Positions 39,680 through 51,560 of a stretch of DNA of 64,000 bases are shown here, one piece after another. How positions within the stretch are numbered: position 1 is the stretch's first letter; every line of letters starts with the position of its first letter. Position numbers and translations under genes: made by a program. Source of the stretch: Schmidtea nova (taxonomy: Eukaryota). The DNA lies in NCBI GenBank assembly GCA_044892505.1, contig CM097884.1:132370001-132434000 (forward strand), read 5' to 3'. Below the pieces are notes generated by a model that worked only from the letters and a program-made list of their open reading frames with translations, was not told the DNA's origin and made no database searches.

Positions 39680-41864
39680 TATAATTATTATTATTATTAT
39701 TATTATTATTATAGTAAATAACNNNNNNNNNNNNNNNNNNNNNNNNNNNNNNNNNNNNNNNNNNNNNNNNNNNNNNNNNNNNNNNNNNNNNNNNNNNNNN
39801 NNNNNNNNNNNNNNNNNNNNNNNNNNNNNNNNNNNNNNNNNNNNNNNNNNNNNNNNNNNNNNNNNNNNNAAATNNNNNNNNNNNNNNNNNNNNNNNNNNN
39901 NNNNNNNNNNNNNNNNNNNNNNNNNNNNNNNNNNNNNNNNNNNNNNNNNNNNNNNNNNNNNNNNNNNNNNNNNNNNNNNNNNNNNNNNNNNNNNNNNNNN
40001 NNNNNNNNNNNNNNNNNNNNNNNNNNNNNNNNNNNNNNNNNNNNNNNNNNNNNNNNNNNNNNNNNNNNNNNNNNNNNNNNNNNNNAAAAATAATAAGCAT
40101 TCAAATAATAATAATAATAATAGTAATAGTAAATGGATGGCAAATATCTTTCTAAAAATTTCAAAAAATATAAAAACAAAATAAATATTTCTAAAATTAT
40201 AAATGACAACTTTCAGAATTTCGGAAAATATTTATTAAATATCATTATATATCATAAAATTTTCAAATAAAAAATCACATATAATTTTTCAAAAGTTTCT
40301 GAATATTTCATAAAATATATTGAAATTTCCAAATAAATAAATATTAATTTTCAAAAGTTTCAAAAAATTATTTCAAAAATATTCCTTAAAACATACAAAT
40401 AAAATAAATATTTCTTTTCTTATTAATAAAATTAATCAGGACGTTTTTTATGGATAAAATAAATCCAATATTTCATTGCAAAGTGTACTTAAACCATTGT
40501 TTCATTAAACACGCATAATTGTAACCATAAATGTTTGATAATTATAAATAATATAATTATAATTATAAATTTGTCAGTAATATTGAAATACAAATTATGA
40601 GATATTTGAAATTTTATTTATATTGTAAAAATATTTTTCGGAATTTGAACATTAAGGGCGCCGAAAATAGAGTCCACAGCTGCTCTGCAGCATTTTATTT
40701 AGAGTATAACTATATAACTTAAAAATTATTTCAAATTCAAATTTATTTTTTAAAACACAGATAAGCAAATATAATGTGATCAATTATTACTTTTGATAGA
40801 TTTTAAATATTTATTTGACATTTTATTCTTTATGAATCGTGTAATTGCTGTATATTTTTGAGGAAATTTTAGTTGCATAAACTTATGTTTTGACTAAAAT
40901 TATTTTCACAATTGACAAGTTTCATTATCTTTAATAATATTGGTATAGAACTGACTAGATGGGGGCGTTTTGCTTTCTTACTCTTATCAACATCTTGATT
41001 GCTTCTGATCGATTTATTGCATGATTTGAAGTTTAATACATGTATCTTTGAATTATTTTGACGTTAATCATTTTATTACATATATCAAACAAATAACAAA
41101 AAATGAGATATTGCTGCATTTTAAAATGATAATACTGATTATAATTACTTTTTTAAGTCTTCTGGTTCCATATATAGAAAGAAAAATACAAAAAATAAAA
41201 CAGATCTCAATTAAATGTAATATATGAAGTTATTTATCAATTTATTTATTTATCCTTCAATAAATTCTGGAACTAAAAATGGAATAATCAATAATTTTCA
41301 TTTTCTTCAAAAATCGTAACACTTTTATGGCCATTAGTGACTGCAATGAAAATTTTACAAAAATAACAAAATTTGAAATTACTTGAATACATCATTTAAA
41401 CAACCTTAAAATTTGTAAATATTTTAATAAATGTTGTGTTATTATAAGTAATAAAAACCTTTGTTAAATTTCATTATATAATAATTTCAAATTATATAAA
41501 TTAATTGAAAAAGATTATATTTTAGAATATACAAAGAAAATTATTTTGCATATTTTTGATAAAAATATCCTTTTTAAGTAAATGAAAATGAGAGTAAGAT
41601 AGAAATTGTAGTTATCCCATAGGCACATTTCAAAATCCTAACTGAAGTAACAAATTTAATACTAAGGTGACAAGTTTATTAAACGTAAATTGTTCCCTAG
41701 TCTTTTGTCCGGTCACTTAAATTTTGGAGGTGTAACGTTTTATTGACAGTGGTGGGTTATTGGTAATACGCGAAAATTTATTACCGTGACTCTGTCTTCA
41801 AAAACCTTGTATATAAACATTGAATAACAATGTTATTACCCATATCGTTATAACGTTGGTCCTG

Positions 41865-42770
41865 AGTAGAGTAGGGGGAGCGCCCAAGAACAGGAACAGA
41901 CCCCCCCTCCCCCCACTAAAAATTTTTTACCCCCCCCAAAAAAAAAATTTTGTTTAAATGAAGTGAATTTTTAAAAATTTTTTATTTTGTTTAAATTAAG
42001 TGAATTTTTAATTTTTAATTTGTTTAAATGAAGTGAATTTTTTAATTTTAATTTTTTTGTTTAAATGAAGTCAATTTAATTTATTATTTTNNNNNNNNNN
42101 NNNNNNNNNNNNNNNNNNNNNNNNNNNNNNNNNNNNNNNNNNNNNNNNNNNNNNNNNNNNNNNNNNNNNNNNNNNNNNNNNNNNNNNNNNNNNNNNNNNN
42201 NNNNNNNNNNNNNNNNNNNNNNNNNNNNNNNNNNNNNNNNNNNNNNNNNNNNNNNNNNNNNTTAATTTTTAATAATTTATTTAATTAATTTATTTTTAAT
42301 AATTTATTTTTAATAATTTTTATTAATTTATATTAATTTATATTAATTTATATTTAATAATTTATATTTATTTTAATTTATATTTAGTAATTTATATTTA
42401 TTTTAATTTATATTTATTTTTATATTTTCGGTTCAGTGGGAAAAAACTTAGAAAAATTTTTAAAATAATAATATTAATAATAANNNNNNNNNNNNNNNNN
42501 NNNNNNNNNNNNNNNNNNNNNNNNNNNNNNNNNNNNNNNNNNNNNNNNNNNNNNNNNNNNNNNNNNNNNNNNNNNNNNNNNNNNNNNNNNNNNNNNNNNN
42601 NNNNNNNNNNNNNNNNNNNNNNNNNNNNNNNNNNNNNNNNNNNNNNNNNNNNNNNNNNNNNNNNNNNNNNNNNNNNNNNNNNNNNNNNNNNNNNNNNNNN
42701 NNNNNNNNNNNNNNNNNNNNNNNNNNNNNNNNNNNNNNNNNNNACTAATATTTCATCACAGTGTAAATAA
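41865..42770. repeat. Maverick left TIR (~0.9 kb, partly N)
   Basis: Reverse complement of 55968-56887; inner boundary at ...CACAGTGTAAATAA; contains repeated TTTAAATGAAGTGAATT units. Confidence 0.92.
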
Positions 42771-42813
42771 AGTAGAAAATTAATAAAAACAAAAAGAAAT
42801 AAAATACAAATAT

Positions 42814-45800
42814 TTATTGAAATAAATCATCTTCGTCATCTTCTTGAATATCTTCATCTTCGGTAATTGAATCCCCCATAACTGTAAAACTTTCCCTACA
42901 ATGTCCATAAGCAATACTTTTATTTTTCTCAACCCAAAGTCTCTTATCATCGAGGTTAGTAAGTGCAATTTTTGAAAACTTATTAGTAAAAATTTGATGA
43001 TTTTTACTCACAAATCGAGACTGCTCTACTGAAACTATAGTATTATTTCTATAACAATCAAGATAAGACCGATGCTTCAGTTTAGTATCTTTCAAACAGA
43101 CGCCTTTAGCCTTTAAACATTCCTTATCACCTAAAAGACTATAACATTTAGGTCTAAGAAAAACCCATTCCTTATATTTATGACCCTTATTTTCGTCTTT
43201 AAACTTTCCTATAACAGAATCAAGTTTTTTCGAATATAAAGAATGACTAGGGTCGTAATTCGATGTATCCAAAAGACAATCTCTAACCATCGCAGGTAAC
43301 AGAACATCTAACCTACAATTCTTAATCTCCAAGAAAAAAGAGTCAGTATCGCCTGCAACTATATTAATCTCACAGTTGAATTCATTGCGATATTTTTGCA
43401 ATTCTTCATACTGGAGTTGATACATTCTAAGTTTAGATAAATCCAGTACACTTTGGCCAATGTAGCTGGGTCTATCTAAACACACAGAGTCCTTATTAAG
43501 CAAGACAGAAATTAGATCATCATCAATCCTATAAGTTTTTCTAAAGGTAGGTTTTGATGTATATGTAATCAGTTTTGATGCTGAATTACAAAGTCGTAAA
43601 TTGAGTCTTTTCTTAAGATTTTCGACAGTTTTTCCATAAAGACTATTATTTAAAAGTTTGTAATAGTTTTTATCTAAAACAAACGATGAAGCTGCCCTAA
43701 GTTCAGTGTTCGTATCAATATATTTTTTAAAGATGGGTTTCTGTTTGTACTGAACAGCCCGATGAACTCGTGTTATTTTAACACCCAAAGAAACAAATAA
43801 TTTTAAAAGTCTCCAATGAACAACATAGTTGAACTTTGGATAATGCGTAAGCATTAACTTCTCAACTTTAGAATTGGGAGCACACATTTTCTCTGCTGCA
43901 ACCGGAAAATCATTTAATTTATCGTGAATTTCAACTGGGATTACCAAGTCAACTTCAAATGTTACACCGATTGTTAAAAGTTCCAAGTCAGCATCCATCA
44001 AATTAATTAATTTATTTAATTTTTTCTCTTCATTAATCCATTTAAATTTACCACAAGGTAATTTTTGGCTTAAGGCCCAACCGTACAAATTATTAATGTC
44101 GATGTAAAGTAGTTCAGTCGTTTCGGAGGATACTACATGATGCTTGTTGACAAATGTCAAACCACCACGGATCCCCCTTCGAAAAAATTATACATCTCCA
44201 TATCCTGGAGCAACTCAATAGGTTCTTCCAAGGTAAGAAGCGCAGAAGCCCACGACATACCTGGAATCCCCAAGAAATTCAACGGTTCTAACCTATTATG
44301 AGAAATTGACTTGGCTCTAAACTGTTGAAAGAAATCAGCAAGAAGAAAGACATCAAGTTTTAAGTATATCATCATATATAGTCACAAAGAGTTTGACAAT
44401 TAGTTTCCCTCCAAATAACTAATGCCTTGTCGTATTCAGCCTGCTTAACACCCTCCCAGATTGGTGGTAATTCATATGTTTCATTCAAGACTTCTAACGA
44501 TGTTGCAAAATCATAAGGAAAAATACCCTTACAATCAACAATAGTCCCGGTGAATTCAGATCGCGTTAAAGGTAATGAAGTCAATGTTTTAACCGCATCA
44601 TTTAAACTGGAGTTAATAAACTGACAAGAGTCAATGAATTTAATTGTTAAATCACCGACTCTTGCAGACAAAGTTAAGAATTTTTCACTCGTAGTTGGAA
44701 TACATGAGATTTTCCAATTTGAAAAGTTTGCCAATCCATATTTAAGAATATGGTGCATGTCATACCCTTTTAAATTATGAAACACAACCGATAGTTCCTT
44801 ACGAATCTGTCTAGTAAGATTGCATTTTAAGCAAGCAGCTCCCAAATATTCACCAGTGTAGTGATCATGGTCTCTGACTGGTTGTACTAAAGTTTTCCTA
44901 CAGAGATAACAATTTGTAGATGATGCAAAAGATATTTTATTTTCAAATGTCATAATAAGTGGTTTTTTGAAATTGTTTTTATAAAAAGGAAAAACAATTT
45001 CTTCACCTATATTATTAATTTCAGCAAGAAAATTAGTAACGCAATCAAGACCTAAGAAACTCCTGTAAATCTTTTCTCCAGTGAAATTATTTACAAGTAA
45101 AAGACCGGCAGATATTGGGACATGTCTTTGAAAGTACTTATCATCAGCAGGTAAGATTGCCTCAAAATCGGCGTAAACAACAAAAGGTGGAGTAATTGTT
45201 TTGCCCCAATTACTAAATGTCAAATAAGGATTTTTAGGCAAAGTATATAGAGTTGTGCCCAATTGATTTTTAGAACACAACTCTTGATGACGAACAAAAG
45301 AATCTTGATATCTAAACCCATTCAAGCAACGATGGCACCATATACTTTGAATACGAGTACCAGATATCGATTTATTGTCAAGATTTAAAAGCCTATCAAG
45401 ATTGGTTACTGCTATATAATGAAAAGAGTCACCATTTTGTAAAAGAATCAAGTTAATAGGGATTCCGTCTACTACTTTAGACCTATGAATTATGTCAATA
45501 CACGGATGTTTGAAAACTTCAGGCTTAGTGTCTAGAATTCCAGATTCATCATATGAAAGTACGTTAATCGCATATCCCGGGTTTTTAGCTTCAAACTTTG
45601 GGATATTGCAAAGACGCATAGGCAAATCAGAAGGACTAAAGTTAACATCAGAAAGATTGTAATTACTGATCCTATGTTTATTTTTACGGCCAGATATCTC
45701 ATCATATTTAATAATTACTAAAACAGAATAGATAAAGCACAAGTCATCAGAATTCTGAACATTTACAACACAATGTTTTGACTTTAAAGATTCAGGAGTG

Positions 45801-46846
45801 TCAATACCACCGTAACCTATCAACCTACTTATCTCAGAAAATTTGGTTAAGATGAAATGAATTTCATTAATTTTATTAATTATCCAGTTACTGCCTCTAT
45901 TATTAATTAATGTAATTTTTTCATTAAGAATATTAATGCCATCGTCTATAAAGGTATCTGTGACAGGTTTTGCAGAGTTTGAAATAACTATAGTTTGAAA
46001 AGCACCATCTTTTTCAAACTCAACTTCGATGCAAAATTGAATTTTAACCGTTCCCATGGTTTCAATTACATTATTTAATTTATTAATTAAATTATCAGGT
46101 ACAAACATGCTTTTTAAATTCAAGTTAGTCACAATCATTTTCACTATAGCATGTGATTTATTTAAATCAAATTTTACAACAGGTAAAATGGAGCCACCAA
46201 CCTGTACTTCAGGAACTAAAGAGTATTTATCGTCAGAAATTTTATCAAAAGAACCACCAATTTGAATATTATCGATAGGAACAAAAGAGTCTACAACCAC
46301 AAAATCAGAAAGATTATTTAAATCAAGAATGTTATCAGGAATGATATCATTATCACGAATGGTATCATTATCAAGAATGTTATCAACAGGAATGGTATCA
46401 TTACCATCATCATCAGAAATTACAACTATATCTGAAGGATCAATTGAAGGATTATTTGAAGAAATATCACCAGAAAGAACTGACTTGTTAATTTTGACTG
46501 GAATTGGACTAATTACATTACATTTTCTTTTAATCGGTAATTTAAAAATTGATTTTTTAGATGTTTTAAATTGATCTAAATGATCGCAATGAGTATTGTA
46601 AAAGACAATATACGAAGAGGACGATGTAGATTTGCAAAAAGGACAAATGTAGTAGGTTTTACAGTTATGACGGTATGCATAATATCTTTCCATTAATTCA
46701 TGGCATTTTACATCATGAATTGTGGAGGTGCAATATTTTTGATATAAATTGCCTATAATATTTAAAAATAATTTAAAAATAATGATCAAAATAATGATAA
46801 AAATTATGATAAAAATATTATGATAAAAATTATGATAAAATATCAA
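42814..46846 (-). pseudogene. Protein-primed DNA polymerase B with two frameshifts (~44375 and ~44175); true start uncertain
   Basis: ExoI VYADFE, endonuclease VII-like insert CYLC..VRDHDHYTGEYLGAAC..CN, ExoII FHNLKGYD, polymerase motifs YIDINNLYG, KLLNNSLYGK, AGDTDS and RPKCYS. Conserved DYMMIYLKLDV and EGGIRGG are restored by removing an AT dinucleotide and adding one G. Confidence 0.95.
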
Positions 46847-46904
46847 TGATGTATATCAAGTGTGTATACACACATTCAAAATATCGTAATATATATTTAT
46901 TGAT

Positions 46905-46945
46905 TATGATTGGTCAAAATAATTTAAAAATTACTATATAAACGA
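46905..46945 (+). promoter_or_regulatory. Candidate bidirectional Pol II promoter (CCAAT box and TATATAAA) between pPolB and the spliced ORF
   Basis: ATTGG at 46909-46913 and TATATAAA at 46935-46942, which ends 31 nt before the ATG at 46974. AT-richness lowers specificity. Confidence 0.45.
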
Positions 46946-46973
46946 CTTATAAAATTAAAATAATCATTAAAAA

Positions 46974-47502
46974 ATGTATCAACTGAAAAGTAAGATTAAT
47001 TAATTTTAAATGATTATTTTTAAATTTTCTTTTTCTAGAATCGAAAAGAATGTCAAAACAAGAAATAATGAAGATTATTCTTGAGGAAAATCCTATTTCT
47101 TCATCTAATTTGGCATTGAATTCACCAGTTCAATTCATGCAATACTCGATGGAGTATTTGAAATATCCAATCAAATATTCATTTAAAGTAATTAATTAAA
47201 AATTATTAAAATCTAATTAATATTATTTACAGGAACCTGTTACATTGAAACAATGTCAATTCAATATTCAGGTTGGAAAAATCGGGGAAATTGATAGAAA
47301 GAATCTATCTGAAATTTTAATGCTAATAAATAAAGACATTCAATTCAACGAGGAATTCACATATATGAACTGCAAAAAAGAAACAGATTTAGGCAAATTA
47401 GATGATAATTCAATGTATCAAATTCAAATTATCTTACAAGGATTTAAACAAACTGAAAACGTGATAAAGCTTTTATGGAAAATTACTGATTTTCATGAAT
47501 AA
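46974..47502 (+). CDS. Maverick three-exon hypothetical protein (144 aa; exons 46974-46989, 47039-47187, 47233-47502)
   Basis: Introns GTAAGA..TTCTAG (49 nt) and GTAATT..TTACAG (45 nt) join three exons in frame with ORF 47245-47502. Confidence 0.75.
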
Positions 47503-47584
47503 ACTCTTGTTTAATTTATTTGTTCTTTATTTTTAATAATTGATTTTTACATTAAATATATTTTAAAATATATAAATTTATAAA

Positions 47585-47925
47585 ATATATTTATTATAAA
47601 AATTAATTAAATTCATATAATGTAAAAATATATTTATTATAAAAATTAATTAAAATCATATAATGTAAAAATATATTTATTATAAAAATTAATTAAATTC
47701 ATAAAATGTAAAAATATATTTATTATAAAAATTAATTAAATTCATAAAATGTAAAAATATATTTATTATAAAAATTAATTAAATTCATAAAATGTAAAAA
47801 TATATTTATTATAAAAATTAATTAAAATCATATAATGTAAAAATATATTTATTATAAAAATTAATTAAAATCATATAATGTAAAAATATATTTATTATAA
47901 AAATTAATTAAATTCTTATAAAAAT
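47585..47925. repeat. 43-bp AT-rich tandem array (~8 copies) between convergent Maverick genes
   Basis: Unit ATAAAAATTAATTAAAWTCATAWAATGTAAAAATATATTTATT. Confidence 0.9.
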
Positions 47926-47963
47926 CTATTAATTATTAATTAAAATCATATTATATAAAAAAT

Positions 47964-48155
47964 CTAATTGATAATAATAGTTTCATCAATATATAAATAC
48001 TTACATTTAAGTTTCGTTGTCATAATATTGCTTGGTATAATTTTCTTTGTCAATGTCATAATATTGCTTGGTATAATTTCCTTTGTCATTGTCATAATAT
48101 TGCTTGGTATAATTTCCTTTGTCATAATATTATTTGATATAAATTTCATTGGCAT
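47964..48155 (-). CDS. Small repetitive hypothetical protein (63 aa)
   Basis: Three 36-nt repeats encoding (E/K)IIPSNIMT; candidate 5'UTR intron GTAAGT..TTTCAG at 48215-48168. Confidence 0.35.
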   Translation of the reverse strand: MPMKFISNNIMTKEIIPSNIMTMTKEIIPSNIMTLTKKIIPSNIMTTKLKCKYLYIDETIIIN

Positions 48156-48477
48156 TATTTCAAAAATCTGAAAAGAAAAATTAATAAATATTCATAAAAA
48201 ATTAAACTTACTTACTTAAGTTTGCGTGTTGTTAAAAATGTCGTTTATTTAAACGAAATTATTTTTAAATTAATGTAATTTAATTAAATATTTACAATAT
48301 GTAATTTAAAATTAATTAAATATTTACAATATGTAATTAATTAAATATTTTACAATATTAAAATTAATTAAATATTTTACAATATTATTTTCAACTATAA
48401 TTTAACAAATTCAAACATAAAAATTCCATAAATAGAAAAAGTCGTTTTATAATAAAAGTCGTTTTATAATAAAAATT

Positions 48478-48856
48478 TTATTTCATATATTTTAGCCAAG
48501 CTAAACAATGTTGCCCACAGGTTTTTGTCATTGGATTTTGATACCGAATTCTGTTATATTCTATTGGTTTTAACATTGACGATAATTTTTTCAATAATAT
48601 CAGTGGATAATAAAATCCCATTGGATCAAACACGTATATTTTATCGGGTTTATTATAAATTGCAAGCCAATGTTCACCTTTGAGATTTGATGATTGAGTA
48701 TTGAATTTCAATGCTTTATTCACATCTATATACGGTATTTTATCTAGAGGAAAAACTCCTAGAAATTCCGATCCAATCAATTTTCTAGCAATCTGATCTA
48801 CCTGAATTGAACTAAAATCAATAAAATTTAATTATTTAAAATAAATCTTACTTCAT
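48478..48856 (-). CDS. Adenain-type (Ulp1/adenoviral) cysteine maturation protease, 112 aa, two exons (48856-48852, 48811-48478)
   Basis: GEHWLAIY, FDPMG and YQ...KTCGQHC give the H-D-(Q)-C catalytic set. A 40-nt GTAAGA..TTTTAG intron supplies the start MNSIQVDQI. Confidence 0.92.
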
Positions 48857-48914
48857 TTACTTTTTAAATAATTAAAAATTAGTTTATATTAAACGAGTAT
48901 TGTTTGAGCTCTGC

Positions 48915-50141
48915 TCAAACCAGTATTGTTCGATTAGCTGTAATTTGTAATTCCTTTTCAAAAACACCATATACAATTACAGAAACTGATTCAGTCAATG
49001 GTGTACCAAATTTAATATCAAGTCTTACATTACCTTGTTGTGGTAATTGACTTTGATTTAGGTCAAAATCTGGAGCCAAAACGAAGGTGAAAAAAGGATA
49101 TTTGCTTTTCCAATCTGATAAAGTAATACCGCAATTCATACTCTTATTCAGGTAACCAAGGTTACGGACAATAGATTGCATATAACTAGTACTACAAATA
49201 TCATTTTCAAAATCTTGAGAATATTTTTCACGATAATCACTTCCTTTCGATAAAGTTAATGATTTGACATTAAAATGATCGTAAATAGAATAAGTTTCAG
49301 TAAAAGAACCACTATGTCTTTTATTTCCTTGAAATGCTACAAGAATAAAGTTTGGTAATCGTCTATCGCCAAAGATTTGTTCCTTATAAAATGAAGAAGA
49401 ACCCATTGGCAATGAAAATTCTACAACTTCCTTATTTCTTATTGGATAAATTGCATTTCTTGTACCAAGTCCAATTTGATGCCCAGCATAAACTGATGGT
49501 TCTACTCGAACTCTTCTAACCATTAATTTTGCCTCTAATAATTCAATTATAGGTTCAATTTTTGTACATGTTAAACTATTGGATGGATTTGATCTCGTCA
49601 ATTTAATTTGAACACTAACACCTGGTAATAAATACTTGGGCTGTTCCATGAAATCGAAATGTAATGGAGAACAAATTGAAAATGGTTTTGATTTTGCAAT
49701 CCATGCTTTTCTAGTAAGATCATGGTCATTGTATCCCATTGGAGTTAAAGATGTGTGTTTTGTATCACTATTGTAGTTGAGAATAGTTTCAATCATGGCT
49801 TTGTGTGTAAATGTGTCATTTCCCCTTTCAACTTTAGTAGAATTGAAAATTAATTCGGCTTCTTTAAAAAGAGTTTGGAAAAAGAAATTGTTGGGAGTAA
49901 CATCAGCATCCAATCCTAAATTTTCACCCGATTTGTTTACAACTTTGACCTGAAGAGATAGTAAAGTATCGTTCAAATCTAAATATTCAGTTTGAGATCC
50001 ATTGATGTAAAATTGAATAGATGATGTCCCAGCATCTGTAATTGAATTTGTTGGGTAAATATCTTCAAATGCACCATGTTCAATTACTGCTTGTGGAGAT
50101 GGTCTATCAAAAAGACATAATTCAGATTTTGCACTAATCAT
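48915..50141 (-). CDS. Major capsid protein (double jelly-roll, Polinton PY-type)
   Basis: 408 aa; KSELCLFD.P..Q, IQFYING...YLDLNDT, QPKYLLPGV.V.IKL.R and LPNFILVAF motifs of Polinton MCPs. Confidence 0.9.
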   Translation of the reverse strand: MISAKSELCLFDRPSPQAVIEHGAFEDIYPTNSITDAGTSSIQFYINGSQTEYLDLNDTLLSLQVKVVNKSGENLGLDADVTPNNFFFQTLFKEAELIFNSTKVERGNDTFTHKAMIETILNYNSDTKHTSLTPMGYNDHDLTRKAWIAKSKPFSICSPLHFDFMEQPKYLLPGVSVQIKLTRSNPSNSLTCTKIEPIIELLEAKLMVRRVRVEPSVYAGHQIGLGTRNAIYPIRNKEVVEFSLPMGSSSFYKEQIFGDRRLPNFILVAFQGNKRHSGSFTETYSIYDHFNVKSLTLSKGSDYREKYSQDFENDICSTSYMQSIVRNLGYLNKSMNCGITLSDWKSKYPFFTFVLAPDFDLNQSQLPQQGNVRLDIKFGTPLTESVSVIVYGVFEKELQITANRTILV

Positions 50142-50545
50142 TTTTCAAAAATTGTTCCATATCCTTTCATTCTTTTGTTTATATGTTTCTTCATATTTCT
50201 TTTTCGTTTAAGAATTCCGCCATTTTGTTTATTTTCAGTTTTATTTTCGTTAAACACATCAGTCACTTTACTAATTGCTTGTGGCAAATGATGAATCACA
50301 TCGGGCAATGAATCTTTAATTTCAGAAATAGCATTGGATTTTAGTGCAGGTAAAATCTTTGAATTATTATTTAACACATCATTGGCAGTTTTCATACCAA
50401 AATTTCCAATACGTCTAAGAATTGGTAATGCAAATCTACCTATCGTTTTCAACCAACCAGTTCCATATTGTTTACCTACAAAATACGGTAATTCTCCACC
50501 TGATTGGCTGTTGCTATAGAAACTGATAATATCTGGATTATTCAT
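50138..50545 (-). CDS. Putative virion core protein with protease cleavage motifs
   Basis: QSGG.LPYFVGKQYGTGWLKTIGRFALPIL resembles the conserved Polinton QxGxG core ORF; basic C-terminus; lies between mCP and MCP. Confidence 0.7.
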   Translation of the reverse strand: MNNPDIISFYSNSQSGGELPYFVGKQYGTGWLKTIGRFALPILRRIGNFGMKTANDVLNNNSKILPALKSNAISEIKDSLPDVIHHLPQAISKVTDVFNENKTENKQNGGILKRKRNMKKHINKRMKGYGTIFEK

Positions 50546-51560
50546 TTATTTTACGGAAATGTAATGTCAAGTAAGTTTTGTCTTCTTTTGCAAATTTAAC
50601 TATTTTTCCACTGTCATCACGAATATTGATTTCAATATTGTTTATATATGTGGAACTGACCGGTAAATACATTGGATCTTTCTCAACAATTTGAACCAAA
50701 TCACCCTTTTTATGTTTTTCAACCCAAACACATTTCAATAGGGGAACTGACATGTCACCAACAAGAATTGGTTGAATAATATTCGTATAGATGAACATTT
50801 GTTGATGAAGTTTTAAAACTTGTGGATAATATACGCCATCAATAATTTTGTCAAAGAATTCTTGTTTAACTAATCCTAATGAATTTGCTAAATTCCTACT
50901 AAATTTTACACTAGTTATATCATCTTCAAGAATTAATTTAATTAATTTTCCTTCTTTAATATCAATCACTTTAAATGGATGTGGATAAAAAGTTTCAATT
51001 TGATCAGATAATTCAGTAAGATTATTTATTATTAAATCGTCTTTGAAATTATCTGTGTATTCAACAGGAAAAGTATAAGTTATAGTAAATCGTATAGTAT
51101 CATCAAGTTTTTTATTTTCATTTGCTGGAATTTTAATTTTGTTTAATTCATCATTAAATGTCACAGCTTTTTCTTGAAACCCTAATTTTTTAGCTTCATC
51201 AACACTATCAAATATTATTTGAAATGGAAAATATTTACAATTTACATTTAAAATATTGCCATCAATATACATTAAATAATAATTAGAATCGTGACTTATA
51301 TCATATTCTTTCTTTTGTTGGTTAAAATTGAAATATTCATAACTAGAATGTAATTCATTTCTAATAAATTTTATACTTGAACTATTATAAAATGGAAATT
51401 CATTGTACACAAAAGTAAAATCCATAAGAGCAACTTCCCAACTACCATCCAAATAAATTGGGTTTTGATATTCAACATTGAATTTTCCAGCTTTATTATT
51501 GGGATGTGTCAATGGACAAGAATTGCTTGGTAAATTAACATAAAAATCTTTTTTAATCAT
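50538..51560 (-). CDS. Minor capsid protein (penton) copy 2
   Basis: FYVNLPSN...QNPIYL..WEVAL at the N-terminus and MFIYTNII.P..VGD..VPLL...IEINIRDDSG...LTLHFRK at the C-terminus. Confidence 0.9.
   Translation of the reverse strand: MIKKDFYVNLPSNSCPLTHPNNKAGKFNVEYQNPIYLDGSWEVALMDFTFVYNEFPFYNSSSIKFIRNELHSSYEYFNFNQQKKEYDISHDSNYYLMYIDGNILNVNCKYFPFQIIFDSVDEAKKLGFQEKAVTFNDELNKIKIPANENKKLDDTIRFTITYTFPVEYTDNFKDDLIINNLTELSDQIETFYPHPFKVIDIKEGKLIKLILEDDITSVKFSRNLANSLGLVKQEFFDKIIDGVYYPQVLKLHQQMFIYTNIIQPILVGDMSVPLLKCVWVEKHKKGDLVQIVEKDPMYLPVSSTYINNIEINIRDDSGKIVKFAKEDKTYLTLHFRKINE

Noticed and set aside
40930-41350. Hydrophobic minus-strand stretch suggestive of a membrane-protein exon
   Set aside because: Multiple stops in all frames and no recognisable family motif.
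44157-44380. Programmed frameshifting or introns explaining the pPolB breaks
   Set aside because: The shifts are +2 and -1 within simple repeats, with no GT-AG intron of suitable size and no slippery heptamer; indels are the simpler explanation.
46700-46880. Possible first intron of pPolB (ATG T|GTGTAT...ATTATAG|GC)
   Set aside because: It would remove the low-complexity N-terminal run and keep frame, but the donor is weak and it is over 100 nt, unlike the other introns; left unresolved.
47585-47925. CRISPR-like array
   Set aside because: Head-to-tail identical units with no unique spacers, in a eukaryotic context with no cas genes.
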